Positions 56,840-64,000 of a DNA stretch of 64,000 nt are shown piece after piece (position 1 is the stretch's first letter; each line of letters begins with the position of its first letter). Origin of the DNA: Antedon mediterranea (Eukaryota; Animalia; Echinodermata). The DNA is taken from NCBI RefSeq assembly GCF_964355755.1, contig NC_092677.1:2998101-3062100 (forward strand), written 5' to 3'. The notes beneath the pieces were generated by a model that did not search any database, was not told the DNA's origin, and saw only the letters and a list, made by a program, of their open reading frames with translations. Made by a program: the position numbers and the translations under genes.

Positions 56840-63396
<6,557 letters not shown>

Positions 63397-63783
63397 CGGC
63401 ACACATCCACTAGTGCTTGCCTTGGTATGTCCTATCTTTTCCTCTTGTAACTTGCAACCATGCAGCCAGTTGCTGCATGTGGTGGCGACAAGCTAGTTTT
63501 TGTCGGCGTTAAACTACGCTCCGAGGAAAAGATTTTGTTTTGCGACGTCCGTACGCATTTACTAATTAAGTAAATGTTTGGGAAAATGCATTTCCGAATG
63601 TTTACATTTAATATTACGTGTTCTAACAGTTCTGTATCCATTAACAATTCATGTATTTTTACACATGTTCTTTATTCTGTTCTAACTCTTCAATGCGTAA
63701 ACTCTTATACAGAAATTCTCTATCTTCTGTATTGTTGACATGGCGCTATATACCACATGCATATTCTGCCTGTATTACTTTAA

Positions 63784-63821
<38 letters not shown>

Positions 63822-64000
63822 CATATATTACTTAAATGAATTATATATTGTGATAATATTTGTTTTTGTAAACTAAATTAACAGTGCTTGTTGTTCTCTG
63901 TTCACTTCTTCTAACTATTCTGAATTCATTCTGTTTAACATTAATAATGTGATGTACGATCATGTCGCATGTTTTTAGTTGTGGCGCACCTGAAATGGGC

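Overview
AT-rich, intron-dense animal genomic DNA, not prokaryotic. An invertebrate deuterostome, possibly an echinoderm, is my inference from the SINE type and motif content. Seven multi-exon genes can be spliced by hand: EIF2S2 (+), SF3B3 (+), TIMM21 (-, almost invisible in the ORF track), SLC66A2/PQLC1 (+), TMEM64 (-), a CHST8-14-family carbohydrate sulfotransferase (+) and CSNK2A1 (+, possibly continuing past the window). Intergenic and intronic DNA is full of non-autonomous DNA transposons, many with readable TIRs and TSDs. These include a multi-level nest at 11.1-15.3 kb and an Academ-like foldback at 35.4-41.5 kb. The foldback holds a CACTA-like element carrying a 20-bp minisatellite and a decayed, intron-containing protein-kinase gene. 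Other points of interest are TAGGCCTA/CTAG clusters in the first introns of most genes, P-element-like excision footprints, minisatellites born from TE or coding sequence, and a YCAY-flanked cassette exon in PQLC1. Most long ORFs in the track are artefacts of tandem repeats. No database search was run, so family calls rest on motif recognition.
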